From Desulfobulbaceae bacterium (lineage in GTDB: Bacteria > Desulfobacterota > Desulfobulbia > Desulfobulbales > SURF-16), in assembly GCA_002868945.1 (NCBI GenBank), contig PKTX01000001.1:18310-82309 (forward strand): 64,000 bases of DNA. Direction: 5' to 3'. This document shows positions 37,903 through 48,278 of the stretch, piece after piece (position 1 is the stretch's first letter; every line of letters begins with the position of its first letter). Under the pieces are notes generated by a model. The model saw nothing but the letters and a program-made list of their open reading frames with translations, was not told the DNA's origin and searched no databases. The translations under genes were made by a program, and so were the position numbers.

Positions 37903-38734
37903 TATAAAAAAGATCCTGCAGGCCAACGAGCTTGCCCCTAAAAAGAAGTTGGGACAAAATTTTCTTGTCCACCAGGCCACTGCCGAACGTATTGTGGAGC
38001 TGGCCGAGGTCGGCCCGGCCGATACAATCATTGAGATCGGCGTGGGCCTCGGCTCCCTCACCCTGCCGCTCTGCCAGAGGGCCGGCCGGGTGATCGGTAT
38101 TGAGTTTGACTCAGGCATTCTCAAATATCATCAGAATAACAAGTCGTTGCCAGAAAATACTCAGATAATCCATCAGGATATTCTTAAGACCGATTTTGCG
38201 CAGCTGGCCCGTGAACACGGCAGCCCCCTGAAGATTATCGCCAACCTGCCCTACTCCATCTCCAACCCCCTGCTCTTTAAACTTCTGCAACACAGGGATA
38301 TTATGGCCTGGGCTGTGCTCATGCTGCAAAAGGAGGTGGGAGTGCGCCTCTGTGCGGCGCCCGGCACCAAGGAGTATGGGGTGCTTTCCGTCCTTTTCGG
38401 CGAATGCGCCACTGTTAAAAACCTGATGCAGATCAGCCCGGAGCAGTTTCACCCCCGTCCCAAGGTGGAGTCGGTGGTGGTGAAAATCACCTTTCAGCCC
38501 AGGGTGGAGCAGGACTATAACAGTGAGCTGCTGGTAAAACTGGTTAAGACCGGCTTCCAGAAGCGACGCAAGACCCTGATCAACTGCCTGGCCGCCTCCC
38601 CCTTGCTCTCCCTCTCCAAAGAGCAGGCCGGTCGGGCCCTTCAAGAGACGGGCCTGCCGGAGACGATCCGCGGCGAGGCCCTGACCATTGCCGACTACAT
38701 TCGCCTGACCAAGGTTGTGGAAGGTCTCCTTTAG
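37889..38734 (+). CDS. rsmA: 16S rRNA (adenine1518/1519-N6)-dimethyltransferase
   Basis: KKKLGQNFL, EIGVGLGSLT and NLPYSIS motifs. Confidence 0.9.
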   Translation: MNRTDIKKILQANELAPKKKLGQNFLVHQATAERIVELAEVGPADTIIEIGVGLGSLTLPLCQRAGRVIGIEFDSGILKYHQNNKSLPENTQIIHQDILKTDFAQLAREHGSPLKIIANLPYSISNPLLFKLLQHRDIMAWAVLMLQKEVGVRLCAAPGTKEYGVLSVLFGECATVKNLMQISPEQFHPRPKVESVVVKITFQPRVEQDYNSELLVKLVKTGFQKRRKTLINCLAASPLLSLSKEQAGRALQETGLPETIRGEALTIADYIRLTKVVEGLL

Positions 38735-38747
38735 CATCAGCCGCGCC

Positions 38748-39911
38748 ATGCAAAACTTTGTCCTTCATAACCAGACAAAAATCATCTTCGGGGCCGACCG
38801 ACTGCAGGAGATCGGCAGTGAGGCCAAGGTGTTGGGTGCCAGGGCCCTGCTGGTCTATGGCCGGCAGAGCATTCGGCAAAACGGCATTCTGACAGCTGTT
38901 ACCGCCAGCCTGCAGAGCTGCAGTGTCGCCATAATCCACCATGGCGGCGTGCAGTCAAACCCACTGCTCAGCCATGTGCGGCAGGGCATTGCCAAGGCAA
39001 AGGAAGAACAGGTGGACATGGTGATTGCCGTGGGAGGCGGCTCGGTTATTGACAGCGCCAAGGCCATTGCCGCCGGCGCCCTTGTTGATCATGATGTCTG
39101 GAAATTTTTCAACGGCAAGAAATCGATCAAGCAGTGCCTGCCCCTGGCCTGTGTCTTGACCCTGGCTGCCGCCGGCTCGGAGATGAACGGCGGCATGGTC
39201 ATCACCCATGATGATCGGAAGGTCAAGTTCGGCACCGGCAACAGGCTGCTCAATCCGGTGGTGTCCATTCTGGACCCCACCCTCACCTATACCGTGCCTC
39301 CCGACTATACGGCCTATGGCGCCGCCGATGCCATTGCCCATATTCTGGAATTTTATTTTACCACCGCCGATGCAAGCACACCGGTGCAGGATCGCTTCAT
39401 GGAGGGCCTGGTCATCAACATCATGGAAAGCTGCGACAAGGTCTTGCACGATCCTTGTCATTACCAGGGACGGGCCGATCTAATGTGGTGCGCCACCCTG
39501 GCACTCAATGGCTGGACCGCTGCCGGTCTTGGTCTTGTCGGCTTTCCCATGCACATGATTGAACATACCTTGAGTGCCCACCACGACATTGCGCACGGCG
39601 CCGGCCTGAGCGTCGTCATGCCGGCCTGGCTCGCTCACCAGGCGGAAAGAGCTCCGCATAAATTCGCCCAGTTTGGTCGTCGTGTCTTTCAGGTGGAGCA
39701 AAAGGAGTGCCGGGCCGCTGCCCGGGCCGGTATTGCCCGTCTGCAAGAATGGCTCAGAGGGGCCGGTTGCCCCACCAGTCTCGCTGAGCTTGGCATTGCG
39801 CCAGAGACCATTCCGTTTTTGGCTGAACAGAGTCTGCCCCTGGCCAAATTGTGGCGCCTCAAGGAGTATGACCAAGAAAAAATAGAAACTATTTTAAGGA
39901 GTTGTCTTTAG
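38748..39911 (+). CDS. iron-containing alcohol dehydrogenase (YqhD/butanol dehydrogenase-like)
   Basis: AVGGGSVIDSAKAIA and the metal-site histidines in EHTLSAHHDIAHGAGL. Start moved to ATG 38748. Confidence 0.85.
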   Translation: MQNFVLHNQTKIIFGADRLQEIGSEAKVLGARALLVYGRQSIRQNGILTAVTASLQSCSVAIIHHGGVQSNPLLSHVRQGIAKAKEEQVDMVIAVGGGSVIDSAKAIAAGALVDHDVWKFFNGKKSIKQCLPLACVLTLAAAGSEMNGGMVITHDDRKVKFGTGNRLLNPVVSILDPTLTYTVPPDYTAYGAADAIAHILEFYFTTADASTPVQDRFMEGLVINIMESCDKVLHDPCHYQGRADLMWCATLALNGWTAAGLGLVGFPMHMIEHTLSAHHDIAHGAGLSVVMPAWLAHQAERAPHKFAQFGRRVFQVEQKECRAAARAGIARLQEWLRGAGCPTSLAELGIAPETIPFLAEQSLPLAKLWRLKEYDQEKIETILRSCL

Positions 39912-39962
39912 GGGGCTGAAACAGGTCAGCGGCGGCTTGAAAAAAGCTTGGCCCACCAGCTC

Positions 39963-39991
39963 CAGTCTGCTAAAATGCGGTCTGTTTTTTT
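39963..39991 (+). terminator. possible intrinsic terminator after the alcohol dehydrogenase gene
   Basis: Imperfect stem CAGTCTGC / GCGGTCTG followed by a T7 run. Confidence 0.4.
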
Positions 39992-40127
39992 ACCCTAGCA
40001 GCAAGCCGAAAAGGCCTTTTCCGTGAGTGTCTCATCGAGAAATAAATCATTGCCTTCAAGATCACTGATTCTTATATTTTCTCTCACATTATCCAGCAAC
40101 ACCCCTTGTCACCACCAGAGGTAATAC

Positions 40128-40502
40128 ATGCCAGAGTCACGCAGCCACCACGACCTTGATGACTATACCAATAAAGCCACAAGTAAGATCTACGATAAAG
40201 CCGTAAAGACCATTCGTCGCGAAATAGCACGCGGCAAGACCTTTAATGAAGCCATTGTCGCCCTCACCACTATTAATGCTGCCCTGCGCAGTATCATTAT
40301 CGATGATTTCCTGAAGAACCTCATTGTTGATCAGCACTTCAACAAGGGGCGTGGCCTTGACGATCTGGCCCTGATCCTTGATCTTCCCTATGAAAGAATG
40401 GAGATGTGTCGCGACAAGATTATTGAGGAGCTTGCCCTCTATCACACCTCCTATGACGAGGATGATGAGTACATGTCGGAACAGAGCGACATGACGCATT
40501 AA
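40128..40502 (+). CDS. hypothetical acidic-tailed protein
   Basis: 124-aa ORF with an AGAGG-type RBS ~7 nt upstream. Its stop is 13 nt before the next gene. No family recognised. Confidence 0.5.
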   Translation: MPESRSHHDLDDYTNKATSKIYDKAVKTIRREIARGKTFNEAIVALTTINAALRSIIIDDFLKNLIVDQHFNKGRGLDDLALILDLPYERMEMCRDKIIEELALYHTSYDEDDEYMSEQSDMTH

Positions 40503-40515
40503 GCCAGGCACTACC

Positions 40516-41178
40516 ATGCCGCAACACGTAAGTTCAGCCCACAGCGGCGACCGAATCACCGTCTTTCAGCAGAATGGCGCCGCCGCCAATAAGATCCGGG
40601 GCATCTTAGAGTATGGCCGGGGGATCAGCATTGTTGAGGTGCTTGATTTTCCAACCAACCTGCCGGAATTCATCGACGATCCGGCCCCCTACTTTCCAGA
40701 ACGGATTCAAGGCAATATCGTTCTCAGTTTCCTCAAGCATCCGGACCTGGCCGACTTTGCCGGCCACTACTGCCGTAGACAAGGCGTGGTCATGGTGGCC
40801 AGTGGGCCCCGCAAGATTGCCGGGGCCCGCTCGCCCTTTACCTGCTGTGGCCTGGCTGAACATGCCGAGCTGGGCAGCTACGGTCGACAGTTCGGCATCC
40901 CCAGATACCGGGTCACCCTGAAAGATAAGCGGATCAAGGCCTTGACGGTCGAGCGTGGCGCCTCATGTGGCGCCACCTGGATGGCCCTGTCACGGCTGCT
41001 GGGCTGTACCCCTGACGAGGCCCTGGAAAAGGTGGCCCGGGAGGTGCAGTTTCACTGCCAGGCCGATCCGGCCGCTTTTGACCCGATCAGCGGCCACAGC
41101 CCCCTCCACTTTGCCGGCAACACCCATTACAAGGCCCTGGAAAAGGCCCTGCGCAAGGCCGCTTCAACCATGTCTTGA
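40516..41178 (+). CDS. DUF166 (COG1810)-like Cys-rich protein
   Basis: The PFTCCGL, RGASCGATW and FHCQADP cysteine pattern and the ~220-aa length recall DUF166. The call is from memory. Confidence 0.5.
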   Translation: MPQHVSSAHSGDRITVFQQNGAAANKIRGILEYGRGISIVEVLDFPTNLPEFIDDPAPYFPERIQGNIVLSFLKHPDLADFAGHYCRRQGVVMVASGPRKIAGARSPFTCCGLAEHAELGSYGRQFGIPRYRVTLKDKRIKALTVERGASCGATWMALSRLLGCTPDEALEKVAREVQFHCQADPAAFDPISGHSPLHFAGNTHYKALEKALRKAASTMS

Positions 41179-41186
41179 CCGGAAAC

Positions 41187-41409
41187 AGGTTGTTTCGGAG
41201 TCTCACAGGCTTACATGCCTTTTCGAGATAAAAGCGGGCAAAAAAATAAGCACGCCCTGAAAGAAACGCCCTTGGCGTACAGGCATCTCTTCTCCATTCC
41301 GAGCATTATTTTTTGAGTATGACGAGAAAAGCGAGCTCGCCAGACTTCGGGAGATCTGCCCGGTAAGCGAGTTTACGAGACTCCGAGAGGCGCATTTCCG
41401 GACAGGCAC
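41187..41409. mobile_element. C-type-related MITE-like element (C2)
   Basis: It shares TTTCGGAGTCTCACAGGCTTAC, CCGAGCATTATTTTTTGAGTATGAC, GGTAAGCGAGTTTACGAGACTCCGAG and the terminus GCATTTCCGGACAGGCAC with the copies at 35474 and 37130. It fills the DUF166-murA convergent spacer. Confidence 0.75.
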
Positions 41410-41420
41410 CTGGTAACCCT

Positions 41421-42680
41421 CTACTCCTTTTCCCGTCTGATGCAGGCCCCCACCTTCTGCAGTTTCTCGTCCAGCCTTTCGTAGCCGCGATCCAGGTGGT
41501 AGACCCGGGAGATGGTGGTTACCCCTTCCGCAGCCAAGCCGGCCACCACCAGGGAGGCGCTGGCCCGTAAATCTGTAGCCATAACCGGTGCACCGCTGAG
41601 GCGGCCGGTGCCGGAAACAATGGCCCGACCACCTTCCACCCTGATATCCGCGCCCATCCGATGTAACTCGGCAACGTGCATGAAGCGGTTTTCAAAGATG
41701 GTTTCATCGATAACGCTGAGACCGGTGCTGCAGGTCATCAGGGCCATGATCTGGGCCTGCAGGTCGGTGGGAAAGCCGGGATAGGGCATGGTCTTGACAT
41801 CCACGCTTTTAATGGGACCGGAACGGGCCGCCACAATGGAGGAATCATGCTCTTCAATAGAGAGCCCCACTGCCCGCATCTTCTCCAGAAAGGAGGGGAG
41901 ATGCCGGGGATTACAGTGGCTCAGAGTCACCTCACCACCTGCCGTACCCACGGCGGCAATATAGGTACCGGTTTCAATGCGGTCGGCAATGATCGTGGTG
42001 GCGGCAGGTTGCAGCTCATCAACCCCCTGGATGGTGAGCATGTCCGTGTCGCGACCGCTTATTTGGGCGCCCATGGCTGTCAGCATATCGACGAGATTGC
42101 CTATTTCCGGCTCCTTGGCAGCGTTCTTGATGAGGGTGGTTCCTTGGGCCAGGGCAGCAGCCATGAGCATATTTTCGGTGCCGGTCACGGATGGCACATC
42201 AAAATAAATGGTACCGCCCTGCAGACGTTTTTTGACCACCGCGTCCACATAACCCGCCTCAAGCTCCAGTTCGGCCCCCAGCTTCTGCAGGCCCTGCATA
42301 TGGAAATTGATGGGACGGGCGCCGATGGCACAGCCGCCGGGCAGCGAAACCCGGGCCCGGCGCAAACGGGCTAACAAGGGTCCCAGAACCAGCACCGAGG
42401 CCCGCATGGTCTTCACCAGGTCATAGGAAGCCTCAAAGCCCTGCACACCATCGGAGTTTATTTTCAGGGTGTGTGGTTCCGGATAATGATAGGTGGCCCC
42501 CAGGGTCTCCAGAAGTCGCAGCATGGTGCGGATATCGCGAAGATCAGGGACATTGTAAAGGGTGTGTTCGCCGGGGCAGAGCAGAGTGGCGGCAATAAGA
42601 GGCAAGGCGGCATTTTTGGCGCCGCTGACCCTGATTGTTCCATGTAGGGGGCGACCGCCCTCAATAAGTATCTTGTCCAT
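41421..42680 (-). CDS. murA: UDP-N-acetylglucosamine 1-carboxyvinyltransferase
   Basis: MDKILIEGG...[10 protein letters not shown] and the active-site loop [12 protein letters not shown]. Confidence 0.95.
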   Translation of the reverse strand: MDKILIEGGRPLHGTIRVSGAKNAALPLIAATLLCPGEHTLYNVPDLRDIRTMLRLLETLGATYHYPEPHTLKINSDGVQGFEASYDLVKTMRASVLVLGPLLARLRRARVSLPGGCAIGARPINFHMQGLQKLGAELELEAGYVDAVVKKRLQGGTIYFDVPSVTGTENMLMAAALAQGTTLIKNAAKEPEIGNLVDMLTAMGAQISGRDTDMLTIQGVDELQPAATTIIADRIETGTYIAAVGTAGGEVTLSHCNPRHLPSFLEKMRAVGLSIEEHDSSIVAARSGPIKSVDVKTMPYPGFPTDLQAQIMALMTCSTGLSVIDETIFENRFMHVAELHRMGADIRVEGGRAIVSGTGRLSGAPVMATDLRASASLVVAGLAAEGVTTISRVYHLDRGYERLDEKLQKVGACIRREKE

Positions 42681-42820
42681 TTTTATAGGTAAGGGGGCTG
42701 AAGATTAATAAACGGGAAGAGCTGCCGGCATGACCGCCCTCAAGAACGGCCTGTTCAGCGGCGTCATCCCGGCTGTCGGCTTTTGGCCCTGGATGGCAGG
42801 TGCGCAGGCAAGAGGGGTAA

Positions 42821-43035
42821 CAGCCCGTTGAAAAAGGGAGCGAGCGAAGCTGAGGCTAGGAAAAATGAGGCGAAAAAATGCGCGCCCGCAGGAGGTAAGG
42901 GGGCCTGCGACACTCCGAGTACCCCTGGCGTGCAGTTTACATGGGGTTTAGGAGCATTTCGGAGTCTCGCAGGCTTGCTTACCTGAGCGAATTTTGACGA
43001 CGCAGCAGCAAACGCAGTAGTTTTTCAAAGGGCTG
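42821..43035. mobile_element. D-type MITE-like element, complete copy (D1)
   Basis: Terminal inverted repeats CAGCCCGTTGAAAAA and (complement) CAGCCCTTTGAAAAA. Flanked by the direct repeat GTAA (42817-42820 and 43036-43039). Confidence 0.85.
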
Positions 43036-43056
43036 GTAAAGGCGGCAGGGGTTCTG

Positions 43057-43923
43057 TCAAGGTCGCCGCCTGGCCTTTAAAAGGCGAGGCAGGCCAGCAT
43101 AATCATCTAGCACGCCCAGCTGGTCAAAGAAAGAAAAACCTGCAAAGAGCTGCAATATAGCCTCTTTTTGGTCATAACCGATCTCCATGACAAGCCAGCC
43201 GCCGGGGCGCAGATGGTGTCGAAGGGCTGGGGCAAAACCAGCAATGAGGGCCAAGCCGTCCTCGCCGCCGCCATCCAGGGCGAGATGCGGTTCATGGTCG
43301 ATCACCTCGGGTTGCAATTCGTCAAAGGACGCTCGCCTGACATAGGGAGGATTGGCGACAATGAAGTCAAATTGCGCTGTGCCGTGAAGGGCGGTGAGGA
43401 AGTCGGCGGCGATCAGGGCCACCTGGTGCGCTACACCGTGCCGCTCGATATTCTGACGGGCCACGACAAGGGCCGGCAGCGACAGATCAACGGCAACAAA
43501 GGTTGCCTGCGGCAGCTCACGGGCCAGGCTCACCGGCAAAATGCCGCTGCCGGTCCCCAGATCAAGAAGAGTGCCGCTGAAGGTACGCGGCTGATCAATC
43601 AGGGTAAGGAGCTCATCAACGAGGAGTTCCGTCTCGGGCCGCGGGATGAGTACTGCCGGTGACACCTGAAAATCAAGGCCCCGGAACTCCTGGTGACCGA
43701 CTATATAGGCAAAGGGTTCATGCCGCATCCGGCGCTCAATGGAATCATGGAAAAGCGCGGCCTGCCCTTCTGCCACGTCCTGCTCTCCGTCAATATATAT
43801 CTGGGCCCTGGAAAGACCGAGGATATCGGCCAGCAACCAGGCGCTTTCCAGTTGCGGATCATCTATCTGCGCTGCCGCTAATCTGGCTGTTCCCTGGGCA
43901 TAGAGGTGGGCAACGGTGGTCAT
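43057..43923 (-). CDS. prmC: peptide chain release factor N5-glutamine methyltransferase
   Basis: LDLGTGSG and IVANPPYV motifs, located downstream of prfA. Start moved to ATG 43923. Confidence 0.85.
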   Translation of the reverse strand: MTTVAHLYAQGTARLAAAQIDDPQLESAWLLADILGLSRAQIYIDGEQDVAEGQAALFHDSIERRMRHEPFAYIVGHQEFRGLDFQVSPAVLIPRPETELLVDELLTLIDQPRTFSGTLLDLGTGSGILPVSLARELPQATFVAVDLSLPALVVARQNIERHGVAHQVALIAADFLTALHGTAQFDFIVANPPYVRRASFDELQPEVIDHEPHLALDGGGEDGLALIAGFAPALRHHLRPGGWLVMEIGYDQKEAILQLFAGFSFFDQLGVLDDYAGLPRLLKARRRP

Positions 43924-44107
43924 GGATTCGTGGCAGTGGCGGAAGGAATTTGAGGAGGGACGAATCTGGCCGGATAGCGCTCCCGAGACAAGCAAGAAAT
44001 GGTGTTGTGCAACAGAGGTCTGAAGGCGGATGACGCGAAAGGCATCGGCTGTCGGTCAGCGACTGCCTTGTCCTGTGTGGCTCGTTGCCAGATCGCCATG
44101 CTACTAT

Positions 44108-45178
44108 TTATTGCAGAGTTTTCAAGGCCTCGGCCTGAAAAGTGGCGATCAGGGGATCAATGATATGCTCCAGCTTGCCGACCAGCACGTCTTCAAGTTT
44201 GTAGATGGTCAGGTTGATACGGTGATCGGTTATGCGGCTTTGTGGATAGTTGTAGGTGCGGATCCGTTCGCTCCGGTCACCGCTGCCGATCTGGCTCTTG
44301 CGATCTTCAGAGATACGGTCATGCTGCTCCTGCTGCATTTTATCGAGCAGGCGGGCCCGCAGGACACGCAGGGCCTTCTCCTTGTTCTTGTGCTGGGACT
44401 TCTCATCCTGACAGCTCACCACCAGGCCGGTGGGCAGATGGGTGACGCGCACGGCCGAGTCTGTGGTGTTTACCGACTGGCCGCCTGGACCGGAGGCGCG
44501 AAAGACGTCATAGCGTAGATCCGTCGGGGCAATATCAACCTCGACCTCTTCGGCTTCGGGCAGGACAGCCACGGTCACCGCCGAGGTGTGAATGCGACCC
44601 TGGGTCTCGGTGGCCGGTACACGCTGGACGCGATGAACACCGGATTCATATTTGAGTTTGGAATAGACCTGATTGCCGCTGATCTGGCAGATGATTTCCT
44701 TGAAACCGCCGATACCGATGGGATTGCTGGAGAGTATCTCCACCCGCCAGCCCTGCATCTCGGCGTAGCGGCTATACATGCGAAAGAGATCATTAACAAA
44801 GAGGGCTGCCTCATCACCACCGGTGCCGGCCCGAATCTCCAGCACGATGTTCTTGTCATCGTTAGGGTCACGGGGCAGCAGAGTCAGGCGCAGCTCGGCA
44901 TTGAGACGTTCCGAAGACTCGGTCAGTTCAGCTATTTCCTCACGGGCCATCTCGCGCAGCTCTTCATCGTCATCATGAAGAATCTCGCGGTTGTCCCTGA
45001 GCTCCTGCTGAACATGTTGATATTCGGCGTAGAGATTATGCAGGTGGGTGACGTGGGCATGCTCCTGCGCCACCTGACGGTACTGCTTTTGATCACCGAG
45101 AATGGCGGGATCAGAGAGCTTTCCCTCAAGCTCTCTGAGCTTCTCGTCAAGGTGAGCAAATCTATCGAAAATATCCAT
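44108..45178 (-). CDS. prfA: peptide chain release factor 1
   Basis: PAT tripeptide ([10 protein letters not shown]) and the GGQ motif ([11 protein letters not shown]). Confidence 0.95.
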   Translation of the reverse strand: MDIFDRFAHLDEKLRELEGKLSDPAILGDQKQYRQVAQEHAHVTHLHNLYAEYQHVQQELRDNREILHDDDEELREMAREEIAELTESSERLNAELRLTLLPRDPNDDKNIVLEIRAGTGGDEAALFVNDLFRMYSRYAEMQGWRVEILSSNPIGIGGFKEIICQISGNQVYSKLKYESGVHRVQRVPATETQGRIHTSAVTVAVLPEAEEVEVDIAPTDLRYDVFRASGPGGQSVNTTDSAVRVTHLPTGLVVSCQDEKSQHKNKEKALRVLRARLLDKMQQEQHDRISEDRKSQIGSGDRSERIRTYNYPQSRITDHRINLTIYKLEDVLVGKLEHIIDPLIATFQAEALKTLQ

Positions 45179-45214
45179 GGGGTGCAGCCAGGAAGAGGAG
45201 AGGTACTCTTCTGC

Positions 45215-45424
45215 TTATTTCTCCAGGGTACGGCCGTATTTTTTCAAGAATTTTTCAACCCGACCCGCACTGTCAACAAGCTTCTGCTTGCCGGTGAAAA
45301 AAGGATGACAGGCGGAACAGATTTCCACGTTCATCTCAGTGTTGACGGAGCCGATCTCCACCTCGTTTCCACAGGCACAGGTGGCTTTAATAATTTGGTA
45401 TTCAGGATGAATATCTTTTTTCAT
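45215..45424 (-). CDS. rpmE: 50S ribosomal protein L31
   Basis: 69 aa, MKKDIHPEY, with a zinc ribbon (CACGNE...CSACHPF). Confidence 0.95.
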   Translation of the reverse strand: MKKDIHPEYQIIKATCACGNEVEIGSVNTEMNVEICSACHPFFTGKQKLVDSAGRVEKFLKKYGRTLEK

Positions 45425-45552
45425 GGTAAATCCTATTATGTTTTGTGGTAGTGCCCTACCTTCGTTTGTGTGTATTCAGGACAAAAATCCAGAAAAACCC
45501 CGACAGCTTAGACAGTTAGTCACCAGTCGCGGATTGAGACCGGAAGGAAGGC

Positions 45553-45580
45553 ATTATACTCGTAAATTTTATCTTTGCAA
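45553..45580 (-). promoter_or_regulatory. sigma70-like promoter for rpmE-prfA-prmC
   Basis: On the minus strand: TTGCAA, 16-nt spacer, TATAAT. It lies ~125 nt upstream of the rpmE ATG. Confidence 0.5.
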
Positions 45581-45616
45581 TACCTTAAGAAAAAAGTCGA
45601 GGGAAGGAGGGGCGGC

Positions 45617-46948
45617 TCAGCGAGCCATGGAGTCGAGAAATTCCTCGTTGTTGCGCGTTCCCTTCATCTTGTCCACCATAAACTCCATGGCGTCGGCCGG
45701 ATTCATGGAGGACAACAGCTTGCGCAGGATCCAGGAACGGTTCATGACCTCGGGATCAAGGAGGAGATCCTCCTTTCTGGTTCCTGACTTGTTCATGTCG
45801 ATTGATGGGAAGATGCGGCGATCAGCCATCTTGCGATCCAGGATCACCTCCATGTTGCCGGTCCCCTTGAACTCCTCAAAGATTACCTCGTCCATGCGGC
45901 TGCCGGTATCCACCAGGGCCGTGGCAATAATGGTCAGGCTACCGCCCTCCTCGATATTCCTGGCAGCACCGAAAAATCTTTTGGGACGATGGAGGGCGTT
46001 GGAATCAACACCACCGGAGAGAATCTTGCCGCTGGGCGGGATAACGGTATTATAGGCCCTGGCAAGCCTGGTGAGACTGTCCAGAAGAATAACAACGTCA
46101 TATTTATGCTCCACAAGGCGGCGAGCCTTTTCAATGACCATCTCCGCCACCTGGATATGGCGCTGGGGCGGCTCATCAAAGGTGGAACTCACCACCTCGG
46201 CATTGACGCTGCGGGCCATATCGGTAACCTCTTCCGGCCTTTCGTCAATGAGCAGGACAATGAGCTTAATCTCCTTGTGGTTGCGGGTAATGGCGTTGGC
46301 GATTTCTTTGATGATCACCGTCTTGCCTGTCCGTGGAGGGGCGACAATCAGTCCCCTTTGGCCTTTGCCGATGGGACACATCAGGTCCATGACCCGCATG
46401 GAGTAGCGGTCCGGTTGAAACTCAAGCTTGATACGTTCGTTGGGATGCAGTGGCGTCAGGTTGGCAAACAGGGTCTTTTTGAGATTGTTGCTCGGAATAT
46501 TAAAGTTGACGCTGTCCACCTTGAGCAGGGCAAAGTAGCGCTCACCCTCCTTGGGGGGGCGCACCTGACCCTCTACGGTATCACCGGTGCGCAGACCAAG
46601 CTTGCGGATCTGCGAGGGCGATACATAGATATCGTCCGGACCCGGCAGATAATTGTAGGCCGGGGCCCGCAGGAAACCAAAACCATCGGGCAGGATCTCC
46701 AACACACCATCCGCCTTGACGATGATGTTCTTGCTGTTCTTTTTGCCGGCCTGGGTCTGGATAATGGCAAAAATAAGCTCCTGTTTTCGTAGCGAACTGA
46801 AATCATCAATGCCGAGATCTTTGGCCAGATCGGTGAGATCCTGGATCTTCTTTGCTTTGAGATCGGTAAGATGGATTGAGGAACCAGGTTCCATGATAGG
46901 GGCTTTTTTCGTTTTTTTGGTCTCTTTACGAGCGGTTTCTTCTTTCAA
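45617..46948 (-). CDS. rho: transcription termination factor Rho
   Basis: Rho_N ([21 protein letters not shown]), an OB/RNA-binding domain, and Walker A PPRTGKT. The ORF starts at TTG 46948. ATG 46894 is an alternative start. Confidence 0.95.
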   Translation of the reverse strand: MKEETARKETKKTKKAPIMEPGSSIHLTDLKAKKIQDLTDLAKDLGIDDFSSLRKQELIFAIIQTQAGKKNSKNIIVKADGVLEILPDGFGFLRAPAYNYLPGPDDIYVSPSQIRKLGLRTGDTVEGQVRPPKEGERYFALLKVDSVNFNIPSNNLKKTLFANLTPLHPNERIKLEFQPDRYSMRVMDLMCPIGKGQRGLIVAPPRTGKTVIIKEIANAITRNHKEIKLIVLLIDERPEEVTDMARSVNAEVVSSTFDEPPQRHIQVAEMVIEKARRLVEHKYDVVILLDSLTRLARAYNTVIPPSGKILSGGVDSNALHRPKRFFGAARNIEEGGSLTIIATALVDTGSRMDEVIFEEFKGTGNMEVILDRKMADRRIFPSIDMNKSGTRKEDLLLDPEVMNRSWILRKLLSSMNPADAMEFMVDKMKGTRNNEEFLDSMAR

Positions 46949-47448
46949 AATAGTTCTTCTTTGTGCCCCGGAAAACAGGGAATGAGGTTAGCGGATAAAG
47001 GTATATACAGACAGTTTCCGATCTACAACCAGGGGCATTGTCACAGCCCGGCAATAGAGGTTTAATGCGAGAGAGTGTTATGTGGAGGTCAAGAAAAGAA
47101 AAAAAGGGGTGAATACCCTCTTGAAACGTATATTAAAGAGCCGTTAGAAAATTAAAGCAGATATGGCTCCCCGTTCGCAAGGGGTTTTCACAAAGTATAA
47201 AATGCCTGGCAGTGGGGAGCGAAAACATCAGGATGAGTCAAGATGTTCAATACCTATAGCGGGGCCATTTTGCCCTGTCAAGGTATTTTTAATGGATTAA
47301 GTGGGTTAGCCGCCCTACTGAAAAAAGAACTCCCCCTGTTGTTGCCCCTGTCTGCCTGTATTAGCCCGGCAAGGTCGGAGGCAGGACAGGGAAATCCTCC
47401 CGGCCGCCGGCAAACTGCCTGACCACAGAAAATATGCGCGGATCTTGC

Positions 47449-47612
47449 CAGCCCGTTGAAAACCTACTGCGCTCGAAGGTCTCTCTTCGTTCGCTATCTA
47501 CTGATGCGTCCTCAAAATTCGGCTCAAAATGCTCATTTACCCATGTAAACTGCGCTTTTTCGCCTCATTTTTCCTGGCCTCAGCTACGCTCGCTACGTTT
47601 TTCAACGGTCTG
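47449..47612. mobile_element. D-type MITE-like element, short copy in opposite orientation (D2)
   Basis: Terminal inverted repeats CAGCCCGTTGAAAAC and (complement) CAGACCGTTGAAAAAC. The interior aligns with D1 and D3 minus two internal modules. The flanks TTGC/TTCC are imperfect. Confidence 0.8.
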
Positions 47613-47651
47613 TTCCTCGTCCTTTTATCTTTGGCCGACAGCCACCATTTC

Positions 47652-48269
47652 TCAAAGAGAGCCGGAGTTGCGCTCTAAAAGGGTGGCGAGATGCAGGAGT
47701 TGCAGTTGCGTCTCGCACCAGGTGCCGCTGTTGTCAATAACATGATGGACCCGTTCTATTTTTCGGGCAGCCGGCATCTGGCTGGCAAAGGCTTGTTGCG
47801 CCTGGCGTCTATCCACGCCATCCCGCTGCATGACCCGTCGTTCACAGGCCTCCTGGTCGGCATAGACAAGAATAAGCACATCAAAGAGATCCTGCCAGCC
47901 CGCCTCAAACAATAAGGGGGCCTCAACCAGTACCGTGCCGGCAGAGGCGGCAATGTCCCTTTCCACCTCTTTTTGGATCAGCGGATGGATCAATGCGTCA
48001 ATGGTGCCCTTGATTGCGGGGTCGGAAAATATATCCCGGCGCAAGCGGGCACGATCCAAACGGCCATCAGCCATGATATACTTGCTGTTAAGATCCTTGA
48101 TGGCCCGCCACCCCGGCTGCCCCGTTGCCATGAGGCGGGCGGCCACGCCATCCGCGTCAATAAGGCGGCTGGTGAGCCGGGCGGCCAGAAACCGACAGAC
48201 GCGGCTCTTGCCGGAACCGATCAGGCCGGTAATGCCCACCACCTTTCTTTCTCCTCTCCTTCTGCGCAC
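47652..48269 (-). CDS. coaE: dephospho-CoA kinase
   Basis: P-loop GITGLIGSGKS. GTG start at 48269. Confidence 0.85.
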   Translation of the reverse strand: MRRRRGERKVVGITGLIGSGKSRVCRFLAARLTSRLIDADGVAARLMATGQPGWRAIKDLNSKYIMADGRLDRARLRRDIFSDPAIKGTIDALIHPLIQKEVERDIAASAGTVLVEAPLLFEAGWQDLFDVLILVYADQEACERRVMQRDGVDRRQAQQAFASQMPAARKIERVHHVIDNSGTWCETQLQLLHLATLLERNSGSL

Positions 48270-48278
48270 CCTGCTCTC

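Noticed and set aside
45530-45552. CCGGAAGGAAGG motif resembling the SRP RNA domain IV loop
   Set aside because: The flanking sequence lacks the conserved GCAGC partner and the long helix 5/8 pairing. It lies inside the rpmE leader next to a good promoter, so I judge it a coincidence.
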